A stretch of DNA of 64,000 bases. Origin: Deltaproteobacteria bacterium (GTDB taxonomy: Bacteria > Myxococcota_A > UBA796 > CAJQPC01). The stretch is from assembly GCA_016717595.1 (NCBI GenBank), contig JADKFE010000026.1, forward strand, positions 4,323-68,322. Direction: 5' to 3'. The notes under the pieces were generated by a model, which saw only the letters and a program-made list of their open reading frames with translations, was not told where the DNA came from and made no database searches. Positions 1 through 7,975 of the stretch are shown piece after piece (the stretch's first letter is position 1; every line of letters starts with the position of its first letter). The position numbers and the translations under genes are program-made.

Positions 1-246
1 GACGAAGCTCAGGGTGACGAGCTGCCGGGTGTTGGACGCCACCGGCCGGGCCACGAGCACAAACGCCGCCGTAGACGGCACCGCGACGGCCCACGAGAGC
101 CCGAGGCCGCGGAGGTCGCGGGCGAGCAGGCTCGGGAAGCCGGGCAGGGGAACAAACGCGGCCGCGGGGGACACCTCAACCACAGGCGCCGCCGCCGGGG
201 CGGGCTCGGCGGCGAAGGCGGACAGAGCGCAGAGGAGCCAGGTCAT
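1..246 (-). CDS. Partial CDS (the first 82 codons; the rest lies beyond the window edge). Unknown protein with a hydrophobic N-terminus.
   Basis: ATG at 246-244 opens a frame to the window edge: MTWLLCALSAFAAEPAPAAAPVVEV...LVTLSFV. GC3 is high and the N-terminus looks like a signal peptide. The ORF is absent from the track because it is truncated. Confidence 0.35.
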   Translation of the reverse strand, partial: MTWLLCALSAFAAEPAPAAAPVVEVSPAAAFVPLPGFPSLLARDLRGLGLSWAVAVPSTAAFVLVARPVASNTRQLVTLSFV

Positions 247-378
247 CGGGATTCCGGGAAGGGCGCTGAGGCTTCTGGCTCGGATATTCGCTCCGACGCG
301 CCCCGGCCAGCGCCAAGGCCGTTCACAAACGGCGCGTGGTCGGTTACCCATTGCCGGATCCAGACAACGCCCGAGGAG

Positions 379-1182
379 GTGGTCGTGGCCGACGCGCCCA
401 AGCCGCCTGTTGAAGAAGAGTCCGAGCTCCCCCAAACCCAAGAAGATCCTCTGTTTCAGGCCCAGATGTGGGTCTACGACCGAGCGATGACGTACTGGAA
501 GCACGGCGCTTTGGCCATCGGCGTCGTCCTCGTGGGCTCTCTGGTGTACGGCCTCTACGACTCTTGGGCGGAGAGCCGCGCGAAGGACGCCGAGGCGAAC
601 ATCGCCGCGATCGACTTCCGGGTGCCCAAGCCCAGCGAGCTGAGCATGATGGGCATCGGCCCCGCCGATGACCTCACCGACGCCACCCGCGTCGCCAACT
701 TAGAGGAGGGCGCCCGGCGCCTCCAGGCCACGGCTGAGGACGCGAGCGGCGCCCAGGCCGCCCAGGCCTGGCTCAAGGCCGCCGAGCTGTGGCAGCGCCT
801 CGGCCGCGACGCCGAGACAAAGACCGCGTTTGAGGGCGCGCTCAAGGCGGAGAGCGACGGCGTCTTCGGCTTCGTGGCCCACAACGGCCTCGCGAGCATC
901 GCCTTGGACGAGGGCAAGCTCGACGAGGCGATCGCCCACTACCGCGCCGTGGCCGACGCCGATCGTGGCTTCTTCGGTGAGCAGGCCCTCATCGGCCTCG
1001 CCCGGGCCCAAGCCCAGAACGGCAAAGGCCCCGAGTCGCTGCAGACGATGGAGGAGCTGCGCAAACGGTACCCCGAGAGCCCGCGCCTGGTCGATCTCGC
1101 CGTCGAGCTCGGCGCCCCCGCGGCGCCTGTGGTCCCCGCGGCCCCGGCGGCCCCCGCCGCGCCGACGCCGGGGAGCGGCTGA
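379..1182 (+). CDS. YfgM-like membrane-anchored TPR-like protein
   Basis: The protein has a short acidic N-tail, one TM helix (HGALAIGVVLVGSLVYGLY), then Ala/Leu-rich helical repeats. Its stop overlaps the start of the BamB-like gene (TGATG at 1180-1184), the same order as yfgM-bamB in E. coli. The true start may be GTG 385, since GAGGAG lies at 373-378. Confidence 0.7.
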   Translation: MVVADAPKPPVEEESELPQTQEDPLFQAQMWVYDRAMTYWKHGALAIGVVLVGSLVYGLYDSWAESRAKDAEANIAAIDFRVPKPSELSMMGIGPADDLTDATRVANLEEGARRLQATAEDASGAQAAQAWLKAAELWQRLGRDAETKTAFEGALKAESDGVFGFVAHNGLASIALDEGKLDEAIAHYRAVADADRGFFGEQALIGLARAQAQNGKGPESLQTMEELRKRYPESPRLVDLAVELGAPAAPVVPAAPAAPAAPTPGSG

Positions 1183-2387
1183 TGCCGACCTGGCTGGCGC
1201 TCTTCACCTTCGCGGGGATCTTCGATCTCACCCCGCCGGAGCGCCCCGGTCTGCCCGCCACGGAGGAGATCGGCGGCCCCCCGGTGCTCGACTGGTCGCG
1301 GCGCCTGCCTGGCCCCAAGGTCACCGCCGCCACCCACACCGAGCTCGTGCGCCCCTCGGTGGATGGCGAGTCCATCTTTGTCGGCAGCGCCGGAGACTCC
1401 TCGCTGCTGCGGCTGCTGCGCAGCACCGGTGAGCTGCTCGTGGAGTACCCCGCCCGGGCGCCGCTTTTGGCCGAGGCCGTCGCCGCCGAGGGTCGCGTCT
1501 GGTTCGTCGATGGCGCGGGCTACACCTTCTGTTACGCGGTTGAGGGCGGCGAGCCGATCTGGTCCCACTTCGGCGGCGCGCCGATCACCGCCCGGCCTAC
1601 GCTCACCGCCAACACCGCCTACGTCGCCAACGTGGACGGCGTCGTCTTCGCGCTGGACGCCTCCACCGGCGAGGTGCGCTGGCGTTACCAACGCCCCACC
1701 GACGCCTCCCGGCAGTCCGACCTCACGCTCTTCGGCGCGCCGTCCCCGGTGGTCGTTGATGATGAGCTGCTCGTCGGCTTCTCCGACGGCGCCGTGCTCG
1801 CCTTGGACATCTCCACCGGCCGCCCGATCTGGGAGGCGCGTGTGGGTGAGGGGAGATACCCCGACATCATCGGCACGCCCCGGGTCGAGGGCGATGACCT
1901 CTACGTCGGCGGGTACTCCGAGCCCTTCGTGGCGTTGGACCTGCGCAATCGTACGCCTCGCTGGCGTATCGACGCGGGCACCGCCGCCGAGCCCTTGGTC
2001 GAGGATCAGCTCCTCTTTCACCCGAGCACCGACGGCAAGCTGCGCGCCGTGCGCCGTGACACGGGCGAGGTGCTCTGGACCTTTGAGACCGGCGACTCCG
2101 GCGCGCTCTCAAGCCCCCAGGCCACGGCCATCGGCGTGCTGGTCTCTAGCTCCGATGAGGGGATCTACCTGGTCAACCGCGAGACCGGCGCGCTCATCTG
2201 GCGCTACGATCCCGGCTACCAGCTCAACGGCGTCACCGCCGGGCTCACCGTCGTGGGCCGTCAGATCCTCGCCTTGACCAACGCCGGGACGCTGTTGTCG
2301 TTTGTGGCGCCCGCGCCGCCGCCGACGGTGCTTGAGATCGAGGGCGATCGGTCTTGGGATGGCCGCAGCCTGTTCCGCCCGCGCTGA
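1182..2387 (+). CDS. PQQ-like beta-propeller repeat protein, BamB family
   Basis: Propeller-blade motifs recur (VFALDASTGEVRWRY, VLALDISTGRPIWEA, LRAVRRDTGEVLWTF, IYLVNRETGALIWRY). The gene is coupled to the YfgM-like gene upstream. Confidence 0.75.
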   Translation: MPTWLALFTFAGIFDLTPPERPGLPATEEIGGPPVLDWSRRLPGPKVTAATHTELVRPSVDGESIFVGSAGDSSLLRLLRSTGELLVEYPARAPLLAEAVAAEGRVWFVDGAGYTFCYAVEGGEPIWSHFGGAPITARPTLTANTAYVANVDGVVFALDASTGEVRWRYQRPTDASRQSDLTLFGAPSPVVVDDELLVGFSDGAVLALDISTGRPIWEARVGEGRYPDIIGTPRVEGDDLYVGGYSEPFVALDLRNRTPRWRIDAGTAAEPLVEDQLLFHPSTDGKLRAVRRDTGEVLWTFETGDSGALSSPQATAIGVLVSSSDEGIYLVNRETGALIWRYDPGYQLNGVTAGLTVVGRQILALTNAGTLLSFVAPAPPPTVLEIEGDRSWDGRSLFRPR

Positions 2388-2406
2388 TCTGGCGCGGTTT
2401 GGCGCC

Positions 2407-3315
2407 TCAGGCGGCCTCGTCGATCTCGCCGTCGCAGTCCTGATCAACACCGTCATCCGGCAGCTCAGGCAGGCCCGGCGCCCGGGTCGGATCGTCATCG
2501 TCGCAGTCTCGGCCCTCGGGCGGGAGCTCGGCGCCGTCGCCGTCTTGATCAAAGTCTGAGCCGCCGGAGCAGTCTTGATCGATGCCGTCGTACCAGATCT
2601 CGGCGCGGCCTGGGAAGACGTCGTCGTCGGTGTCGATGCAGTCCAGGCCCCAAGGCTCTATGTCGTGGCCGTCGCGGTCTTGATCGTAGTCCGAGCCGCC
2701 GTCGCAGTTCTGATCAACGTCGTCATACCAGATCTCCTCGGCGTCGGGGAGCACGTCTGGGTCGGTGTCGTCGCAGTCTCGGCCCTCGGGCTGGCGCTCG
2801 ACGCCGTCGCCGTCTTGGTCAAAGTCTGAGCCGCCGTCGCAGTCTTGATCCTGGTCGTCGTACCAGACCTCGGCGGCGCCGGGGAACACGGCGGGGTCAA
2901 GATCGTCGCAGTCGGGGCCACCCCAGGCGCTCGCGTTGGCGCCGTCGCCGTCGCCGTCCAAGGCCGTCTCGCCGCGTAGGCTGACCTCGAGGGTGTTGTC
3001 GGGCTCGACGAGGCTCAGCGCGCCCACGCTGGGCGCGACGCTCTCAGGGCTGAAACGAAGGGTGATCGTCTGGGACTCGCCAGCGCCTAAGGTGAGCCCG
3101 GCGCGGTCCGCCGAGAAGCCCGGGCCGCTCAGGCTGAGGTTGACGGTGAGGGTCCCGAAGCCGTCGTTCTGCAGGCGTAATGAGCGCTCTTCACCACGAG
3201 ACCAGCCGACCGCCCCAAAGCTCAAGCTCGTGGCGCTCACGGAGAGCAGGCCGTCGCGCAGGGGCACGGCGAGGTTCGTCGGCGCACACGAGAGCAGCAG
3301 GAGGAGGAGCACCAT
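2407..3315 (-). CDS. Secreted protein with four tandem Asp/Cys-rich MopE-like putative metal-binding (thrombospondin-type-3-like) repeats
   Basis: The signal peptide MVLLLLLLSCAPT is followed by an Ig-like region. Four units follow, of the form DCDDxDPxVxPGAxExWYDxxDQDCDGGSDFDQDGDG. Confidence 0.8.
   Translation of the reverse strand: MVLLLLLLSCAPTNLAVPLRDGLLSVSATSLSFGAVGWSRGEERSLRLQNDGFGTLTVNLSLSGPGFSADRAGLTLGAGESQTITLRFSPESVAPSVGALSLVEPDNTLEVSLRGETALDGDGDGANASAWGGPDCDDLDPAVFPGAAEVWYDDQDQDCDGGSDFDQDGDGVERQPEGRDCDDTDPDVLPDAEEIWYDDVDQNCDGGSDYDQDRDGHDIEPWGLDCIDTDDDVFPGRAEIWYDGIDQDCSGGSDFDQDGDGAELPPEGRDCDDDDPTRAPGLPELPDDGVDQDCDGEIDEAA
2410..2915 (-). repeat. Tandem coding repeat: four units of about 135 bp (the last one shorter) inside the MopE-motif gene
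   Basis: Near-identical DNA strings recur, for example gtcgccgtcttgatcaaagtctgagccgcc near 2537 and gtcgccgtcttggtcaaagtctgagccgcc near 2808. The protein units are about 45 aa. Confidence 0.75.
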
Positions 3316-3343
3316 TCACCAAGTGTAGCCCCTCACCCGCGTC

Positions 3344-3389
3344 GGATCCATAACTTCTGAGAATGTATATTATGTCAAATCATGGATCC
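3344..3389. promoter_or_regulatory. AT-rich island flanked by an 8-bp inverted repeat (GGATCCAT...ATGGATCC), upstream of the gene at 2407-3315
   Basis: The sequence ggatccataacttctgagaatgtatattatgtcaaatcatggatcc stands out in GC-rich DNA. It lies 29-74 bp upstream of the start codon at 3315 on the minus strand. Confidence 0.3.
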
Positions 3390-3471
3390 GAAGAGATGAG
3401 CGCCGCCTGAACCTGAAGCGCTGAGGCCGCACCAAGCTGGCGCGGCCTCAGGGTTGTCGTGACCTCAGACC

Positions 3472-5046
3472 TTAAGGCGGCGTGACCACAACCCGGGCCT
3501 CGCCCGCGGTGAAGCTGACGTCTTGGGTGACATCGTAGGTCATGCCCGAGGGCAAGAGCACGCGGAACGTCGTGCGCCCGGCGCTCATCTGCGCCGTCCC
3601 GCCGGCAAAACCCACCTCTTTGGCGCCGACAAACACCCGCGCGCCGCTGGGCCCGAAGAACTTCACGGTGCCCGTGGTGGCCGCGGGCGGCTTCACCGGG
3701 TCAACCGCCGTGGGCGGCGTGCTCGGAGACGTGGCGACGACCTTGAGCGCGAACAGGAGATCCTCGACGCCACCTTTGGCGTCTACGGAGCGCTCGATCG
3801 GCGCGCGGCCTGGCGCCTCGGCCCGCACCCGGTGCACGCCGTTGGCCACGGTAGTCTCGATGTCGCTGCCCGAGCCCACCCTCACGTTATCGACAAAAAA
3901 GACGGCCTCTGGGGTGCTCGCCGCGAGGCGCAGCCGCGTCGTCGTCGTGGCGACCTGGGGCGTCGTCGGCGGGTTCACCGGCTTGGGCGTCTCGGCGGGC
4001 ACGACCGGCGGCGCGGTGGGCAGCTCCGTGGGCGGCTCAACGGGCGGCTCCGTCGGGATCTCCGTGGGCTCACCCACCTCGACGGGCGCGACGACCTCAG
4101 GGCCCGGCGGGTCTCCGGCGACGGGTGGATTCTGGACCTCATCGCCGCCCATCTCAGAGACCAGGAGCGCGACGCCGCCGACGCCGATCAACAGCATGAG
4201 CGCGAGCAAGATCGTCAGGCCGCGCGGGCGCTCTTCGGGCTGCGGCGGGTGCATCGGCGTGGGCAGCGGCGCCGGGCCGCTCGCCGCCCCAAACCCGACG
4301 GGGTTGTAAGGGGCTGGGCCTTGTCCGTAGTTTTGGGCGGGCGAAGGCCCTTGCGCGTGAGGATAACCGCCCTGGCCCTGGGGATACCCACCTTGGTTGG
4401 GCGAGAAGCCCGCCGGCTGGCCTCTTGGGGGCAGACCAAAGCCGATCGCCGGCCCGTCGTCCTCGTCCTCCATCAGCTCGTCTACGACGCCGTCGTCTTC
4501 GTTGTCCTCTAAGTCCATGCCCGCGCCATAAGGCGCAGGCGGCGGCGCGACGGCGCGAGAGACCGGCGTAGGCAGCGGCGCGGCGGCCCGCGGCGGCGTC
4601 TGGGGCGCCATCGGGCGCGCGGGCTCGGTCACCCGCGCGACGGACGTGGTGCGGGGCGGCAGCGGCAGGTCCGCCGTCTCCGCGGGCAAGAACCGGCGCA
4701 CGAGGGGCGGCGGCGGCGGCGCGTTGTCGTCATCCTCATCGGGGATGATCGTTGGATCTGCCCGATCCGACATCGAGCCGCCGTCCTCGTGGGTCGGCGT
4801 CAACGGATCGTCGTCCTCAAACTCCATGTCGGGCAGAAGCGTCGGCGAGGAGCTGCGCGACATCGCCCCGCCGCCGGCCTGGGCGGCGACGTCTGGCGCA
4901 CCGGCGCGTAAGCTGGCCAAGGTCGGCGACGCCACGGGCTGCGGTCGCTGGGCCTGGGGCGTCGCGATGACGAGGGGCTCGCCCTCCGCGAAGCAGAAGT
5001 CCACGCGGTCGTGGTAGGTCAGTCCGCAGAGGCTACAGATCTTCAT
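3472..5046 (-). CDS. Zinc-ribbon, Pro-rich, single-pass membrane protein with two C-terminal PEGA-like domains
   Basis: The N-terminus reads MKICSLCGLTYHDRVDFCF, followed by a long Pro/Asp-rich linker and a TM helix (LTILLALMLLIGVGGVALLV). PEGA-like segments are STPEAVFFVDNVRVG...HRVRAEAPG and VKFFGPSGARVFVGAKEVG. Confidence 0.75.
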   Translation of the reverse strand: MKICSLCGLTYHDRVDFCFAEGEPLVIATPQAQRPQPVASPTLASLRAGAPDVAAQAGGGAMSRSSSPTLLPDMEFEDDDPLTPTHEDGGSMSDRADPTIIPDEDDDNAPPPPPLVRRFLPAETADLPLPPRTTSVARVTEPARPMAPQTPPRAAAPLPTPVSRAVAPPPAPYGAGMDLEDNEDDGVVDELMEDEDDGPAIGFGLPPRGQPAGFSPNQGGYPQGQGGYPHAQGPSPAQNYGQGPAPYNPVGFGAASGPAPLPTPMHPPQPEERPRGLTILLALMLLIGVGGVALLVSEMGGDEVQNPPVAGDPPGPEVVAPVEVGEPTEIPTEPPVEPPTELPTAPPVVPAETPKPVNPPTTPQVATTTTRLRLAASTPEAVFFVDNVRVGSGSDIETTVANGVHRVRAEAPGRAPIERSVDAKGGVEDLLFALKVVATSPSTPPTAVDPVKPPAATTGTVKFFGPSGARVFVGAKEVGFAGGTAQMSAGRTTFRVLLPSGMTYDVTQDVSFTAGEARVVVTPP

Positions 5047-5214
5047 CGTGAACTCGGCTGGCGGACAGCTTCATGGAGCAGAGTCCGAATGGTACTACAG
5101 GGCAGCAGACGACACGCGGACTCGCCGGAGCACGCGCTGCTGAATTATGCCACCGGAGGGGCGCGCTGTGGAGTCCCGCGCGAGGGAGTCCCGCACGAGG
5201 AGCTGGGCGCTTTG

Positions 5215-6360
5215 TCACGCGCCCTCGTACTGGCGCTTGAGGTGGCGCGCGATGACGAGGCGCTGGACCTGGTTCGTGCCCTCGACGATCTGCATCACCT
5301 TGGAGTCGCGCATGTAACGCTCCACGGGGTATTCGCGGGTGTAACCATAGCCGCCGAGCACCTGCACGGCGTCTTGAGAGACCGCGAGCCCCGCGTCGGT
5401 GGCCACACACTTCGCCATCGCCGCGACGTGGGTGTAGACCTCTCCTCGATCACGAAGGCACGCCGCCTTGTGCACCAAGAGCCGCGCGGTCTCGGTCTTA
5501 CAAGCCATATCAGCGAGCATAAAGCCGACGGCCTGGAAGTCGATGATCGGCTGCTTGAACTGTTGGCGCTGGCAGGCGTAGGCCGCCGCGACGTCGAGGC
5601 TGGCTTGGCAGATGCCGACGGCGATGGCGCCGATGGTGATGCGCCCCGAGTCGAGCGCGGAGAGCGCGACGCGGAACCCCTCCCCCTCTTGGCCGATGAG
5701 GTTCGCCGCGGGGATTCGGGCGTTCTCTAGGATGATCTCGGCGGTGGGGCTGGCGCGCAGGCCCATCTTCTCTTCTTTTTTGCCGTAGCTGAGCCCCGGC
5801 GTGCCCGCGGGCACCAAGAACGCGCTGATGCCCCGGGGCCCCGGACCGCCGCTGCGCGCCATCACCACGTAGACGTCAGCGTAGCCGCCGTGGGTGATCC
5901 AGAACTTGGTGCCGTTGAGCACCCACTCGTCCCCTTCCCGCTTCGCCGTGGTCGTGAGCGAGGCCGCGTCGGATCCCGAGCCGGGCTCGGAGAGCGCGAA
6001 GGCCCCGAGCAGCTTGCCCGAGGCGAGGCCCGGCATCCAGCGCTCCCGCTGGGCGTCGTCCCCGTACTGGGCGAGGATGATCTGGGGCAGGCCGTTCACC
6101 GCGACGGTGACCGCGTAAGACGCGGAGACGCGGGCGATCTCCTCCAGCACCAGGGCGTACTCCAGATAGCCGAGGCCTAAGCCGCCAAAACGCTCCGCCG
6201 TAGGGATGCCGCAGAGGCCCGCGTCACCGAGCGCCTCAAACTGGTCTTTGCGGAATCGCTCTGCCTCATCGTCTTCTTTGAGGGTGCCAGCGAGGATCGA
6301 CTGAGCGGCGGCGCGGGCCGCCTCCTGCAAGGCGCGCTGGTCATCGCTGAGCGTGAACAT
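5215..6360 (-). CDS. Acyl-CoA dehydrogenase (short/medium-chain type)
   Basis: The full length resembles the ACAD family (LGAFALSEPGSGSDAASL, NGTKFWITHGG, QVLGGYGYTREYPVERYMRDSKV). Confidence 0.95.
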   Translation of the reverse strand: MFTLSDDQRALQEAARAAAQSILAGTLKEDDEAERFRKDQFEALGDAGLCGIPTAERFGGLGLGYLEYALVLEEIARVSASYAVTVAVNGLPQIILAQYGDDAQRERWMPGLASGKLLGAFALSEPGSGSDAASLTTTAKREGDEWVLNGTKFWITHGGYADVYVVMARSGGPGPRGISAFLVPAGTPGLSYGKKEEKMGLRASPTAEIILENARIPAANLIGQEGEGFRVALSALDSGRITIGAIAVGICQASLDVAAAYACQRQQFKQPIIDFQAVGFMLADMACKTETARLLVHKAACLRDRGEVYTHVAAMAKCVATDAGLAVSQDAVQVLGGYGYTREYPVERYMRDSKVMQIVEGTNQVQRLVIARHLKRQYEGA

Positions 6361-6456
6361 TGGACCTCACCAAGAATTGAGTCGGCGAAGTCTAACCTGT
6401 CGCTCGCGCACTTGGACGCGCTCGCCGTCGCTTTCATCGTCTGATCCCTCCCCACC

Positions 6457-6484
6457 TTGACAGCCCCGTCGCCGCTCGGATAAG
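6457..6484 (+). promoter_or_regulatory. Candidate sigma70-type promoter for the lipoprotein gene at 6543
   Basis: TTGACA (6457-6462), a 16-nt spacer, then GATAAG (6479-6484), about 58 nt upstream of the ATG. Confidence 0.3.
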
Positions 6485-6542
6485 CGCCGGTCCGTCCGTA
6501 CACTTCCCTGATGAACAGCCAACTCGGCTGGGAGAAAACACC

Positions 6543-7019
6543 ATGAAGCGGTTCCTCTTCGCCATCGCCGCCATCGCCGCGGTCGGCACCGGCTGCGCGC
6601 TCAAGGGCGCCACCATCCCCGGCGCCCCGATCCCCTTCGCCAAGGCTGACTACACCGTCCTCGGCGCCACGAACGCCGAGGAGTGCGGCGCCTACATCAT
6701 CGGCATCGACTTCGGCCACCTCTTCAAGAACGAAGGCGCCGCGATCATGCCGGGCACCTACGCTGTGGACGGCGCCGCCGGCATGGCCGCTGGCTTCGCC
6801 CAGACCGGCGCCCTGACCGCCGAGGGCCGCCGCGCCCTCTACGTCGCCATGGAGAAGATGCCCGAGGCCACCCACCTCCTGGCCCCCCGCGTCACCATGG
6901 AGACCACGGGCATCCCCTTCGGCCCCGTTCCCGGCGCTCGTCCCCTCTTCGGCAAGCGCTGCGCGACGGTTGAGGCCCACGGCGTCAAGATCGGCGACAA
7001 GCCCACCTCTCAGCAGTGA
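6543..7019 (+). CDS. Small lipoprotein of unknown function
   Basis: The signal peptide carries a lipobox (MKRFLFAIAAIAAVGTGC). GC3 is high. A terminator hairpin follows the gene. Confidence 0.7.
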   Translation: MKRFLFAIAAIAAVGTGCALKGATIPGAPIPFAKADYTVLGATNAEECGAYIIGIDFGHLFKNEGAAIMPGTYAVDGAAGMAAGFAQTGALTAEGRRALYVAMEKMPEATHLLAPRVTMETTGIPFGPVPGARPLFGKRCATVEAHGVKIGDKPTSQQ

Positions 7020-7044
7020 TCTGAGCCCCTTCGGGGGGTCAACT

Positions 7045-7086
7045 CGCGGCGCGTCTCCCCTCGGGGCGGCGCGCCGCGCTCGTTTT
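7045..7086 (+). terminator. Intrinsic terminator candidate
   Basis: A 9-bp stem (cgcggcgcg at 7045-7053 pairing with cgcgccgcg at 7070-7078) is followed by ctcgTTTTg. It lies just after the stop codon at 7019. Confidence 0.5.
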
Positions 7087-7098
7087 GAGGGCCTCGCC

Positions 7099-7923
7099 TC
7101 AGCGGACGACGGCGCCGCGCATCATCTTGAGGATCTTCTCTTCGCTCTGAATGAGCAGATCCTCAAGCTGGCCCTTGTTCGGCGTGAGCACGTACGGCGA
7201 GAGCGACCGCGCCTCCAGGTCACCGTACGAGACGACGCCGCCGGTCTTGGTGTCGTAGATCGTCCAGAACACGCGGATTCGGGCGCCTGAGCCAGTGCCC
7301 ATACGCTGCCCGATGAACCAGCCGCCGTTGTGGCTGTAGTAGAGCACCACCGTCGGCGCGACGACCCAGTCCACGCCGGCTGGCAGGAGGCTCAGATCCG
7401 TGATGGGGGCAGGCTCGAGGTCAAAACGGGGCAGGTTGATGTTGTCGGTGCCATCAGCGGGGTCGGTGCCCCGGCGCACGCGGCGGACCGGCGCGGGGAT
7501 CGGCACGCTGGGCGCAGGGAGCCGCTGGGGCGTGGCCACCTCGCTCAACACCGAGAACAGCGTGGTGTCGAGCCAGGCGCGCGCGATGGGCTCAAACTCA
7601 GCCTCGGCGTTGAGCGTGAACTCTTTGGAGCGAACCGGCAGCCCCGCCTCGTCCGCCTCGCCCTCGGCGCCGTCTACGCCCGCGTAGACGTAGCCGCCGG
7701 AGTGCACGACGTTGCCGATGAACAGCCCCGCGGTGAACGAGTCCATGCCGTCTGGCACGGCGCCGGCCTGCTCAAAGAGTAAGGTCGAGGGCCAGAGGCC
7801 GATGGTCTTCCCGTTGGCCTTGGGCGCGTCGGGAAGATCACGCTCGAACAGGTCTTTTTTCGCGGCGCAGGCGCCGTTGAGCAGGGCGAGCGCGAGCAAC
7901 GCGGCGTGGGTGAGGCGGTTCAT
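7099..7923 (-). CDS. Lipoprotein of unknown function
   Basis: The internal ATG at 7923 gives MNRLTHAALLALALLNGACAAKK, a signal peptide with a lipobox. The 34-codon upstream extension in the track ORF is Arg/Pro/Ser-rich and unlikely to be translated. Confidence 0.7.
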   Translation of the reverse strand: MNRLTHAALLALALLNGACAAKKDLFERDLPDAPKANGKTIGLWPSTLLFEQAGAVPDGMDSFTAGLFIGNVVHSGGYVYAGVDGAEGEADEAGLPVRSKEFTLNAEAEFEPIARAWLDTTLFSVLSEVATPQRLPAPSVPIPAPVRRVRRGTDPADGTDNINLPRFDLEPAPITDLSLLPAGVDWVVAPTVVLYYSHNGGWFIGQRMGTGSGARIRVFWTIYDTKTGGVVSYGDLEARSLSPYVLTPNKGQLEDLLIQSEEKILKMMRGAVVR

Positions 7924-7975
7924 CGTGGGGCTCCGAGGATCACGCCGGGATAACCCGGCGCGGCCCCGGACGCCG

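Noticed and set aside
14-490. 158-aa plus-strand ORF at the window start
   Set aside because: The composition is Arg/Ala/Ser/Pro-rich and low-complexity, typical of an off-frame reading of GC-rich DNA. It overlaps the better minus-strand partial gene (1-246) and the start of the YfgM-like gene.
939-2021. 360-aa minus-strand ORF antisense to the BamB-like gene
   Set aside because: It has antisense-shadow composition (Gly/Arg/Ala/Asp runs and no recognisable motifs). The plus-strand frame has clear propeller repeats.
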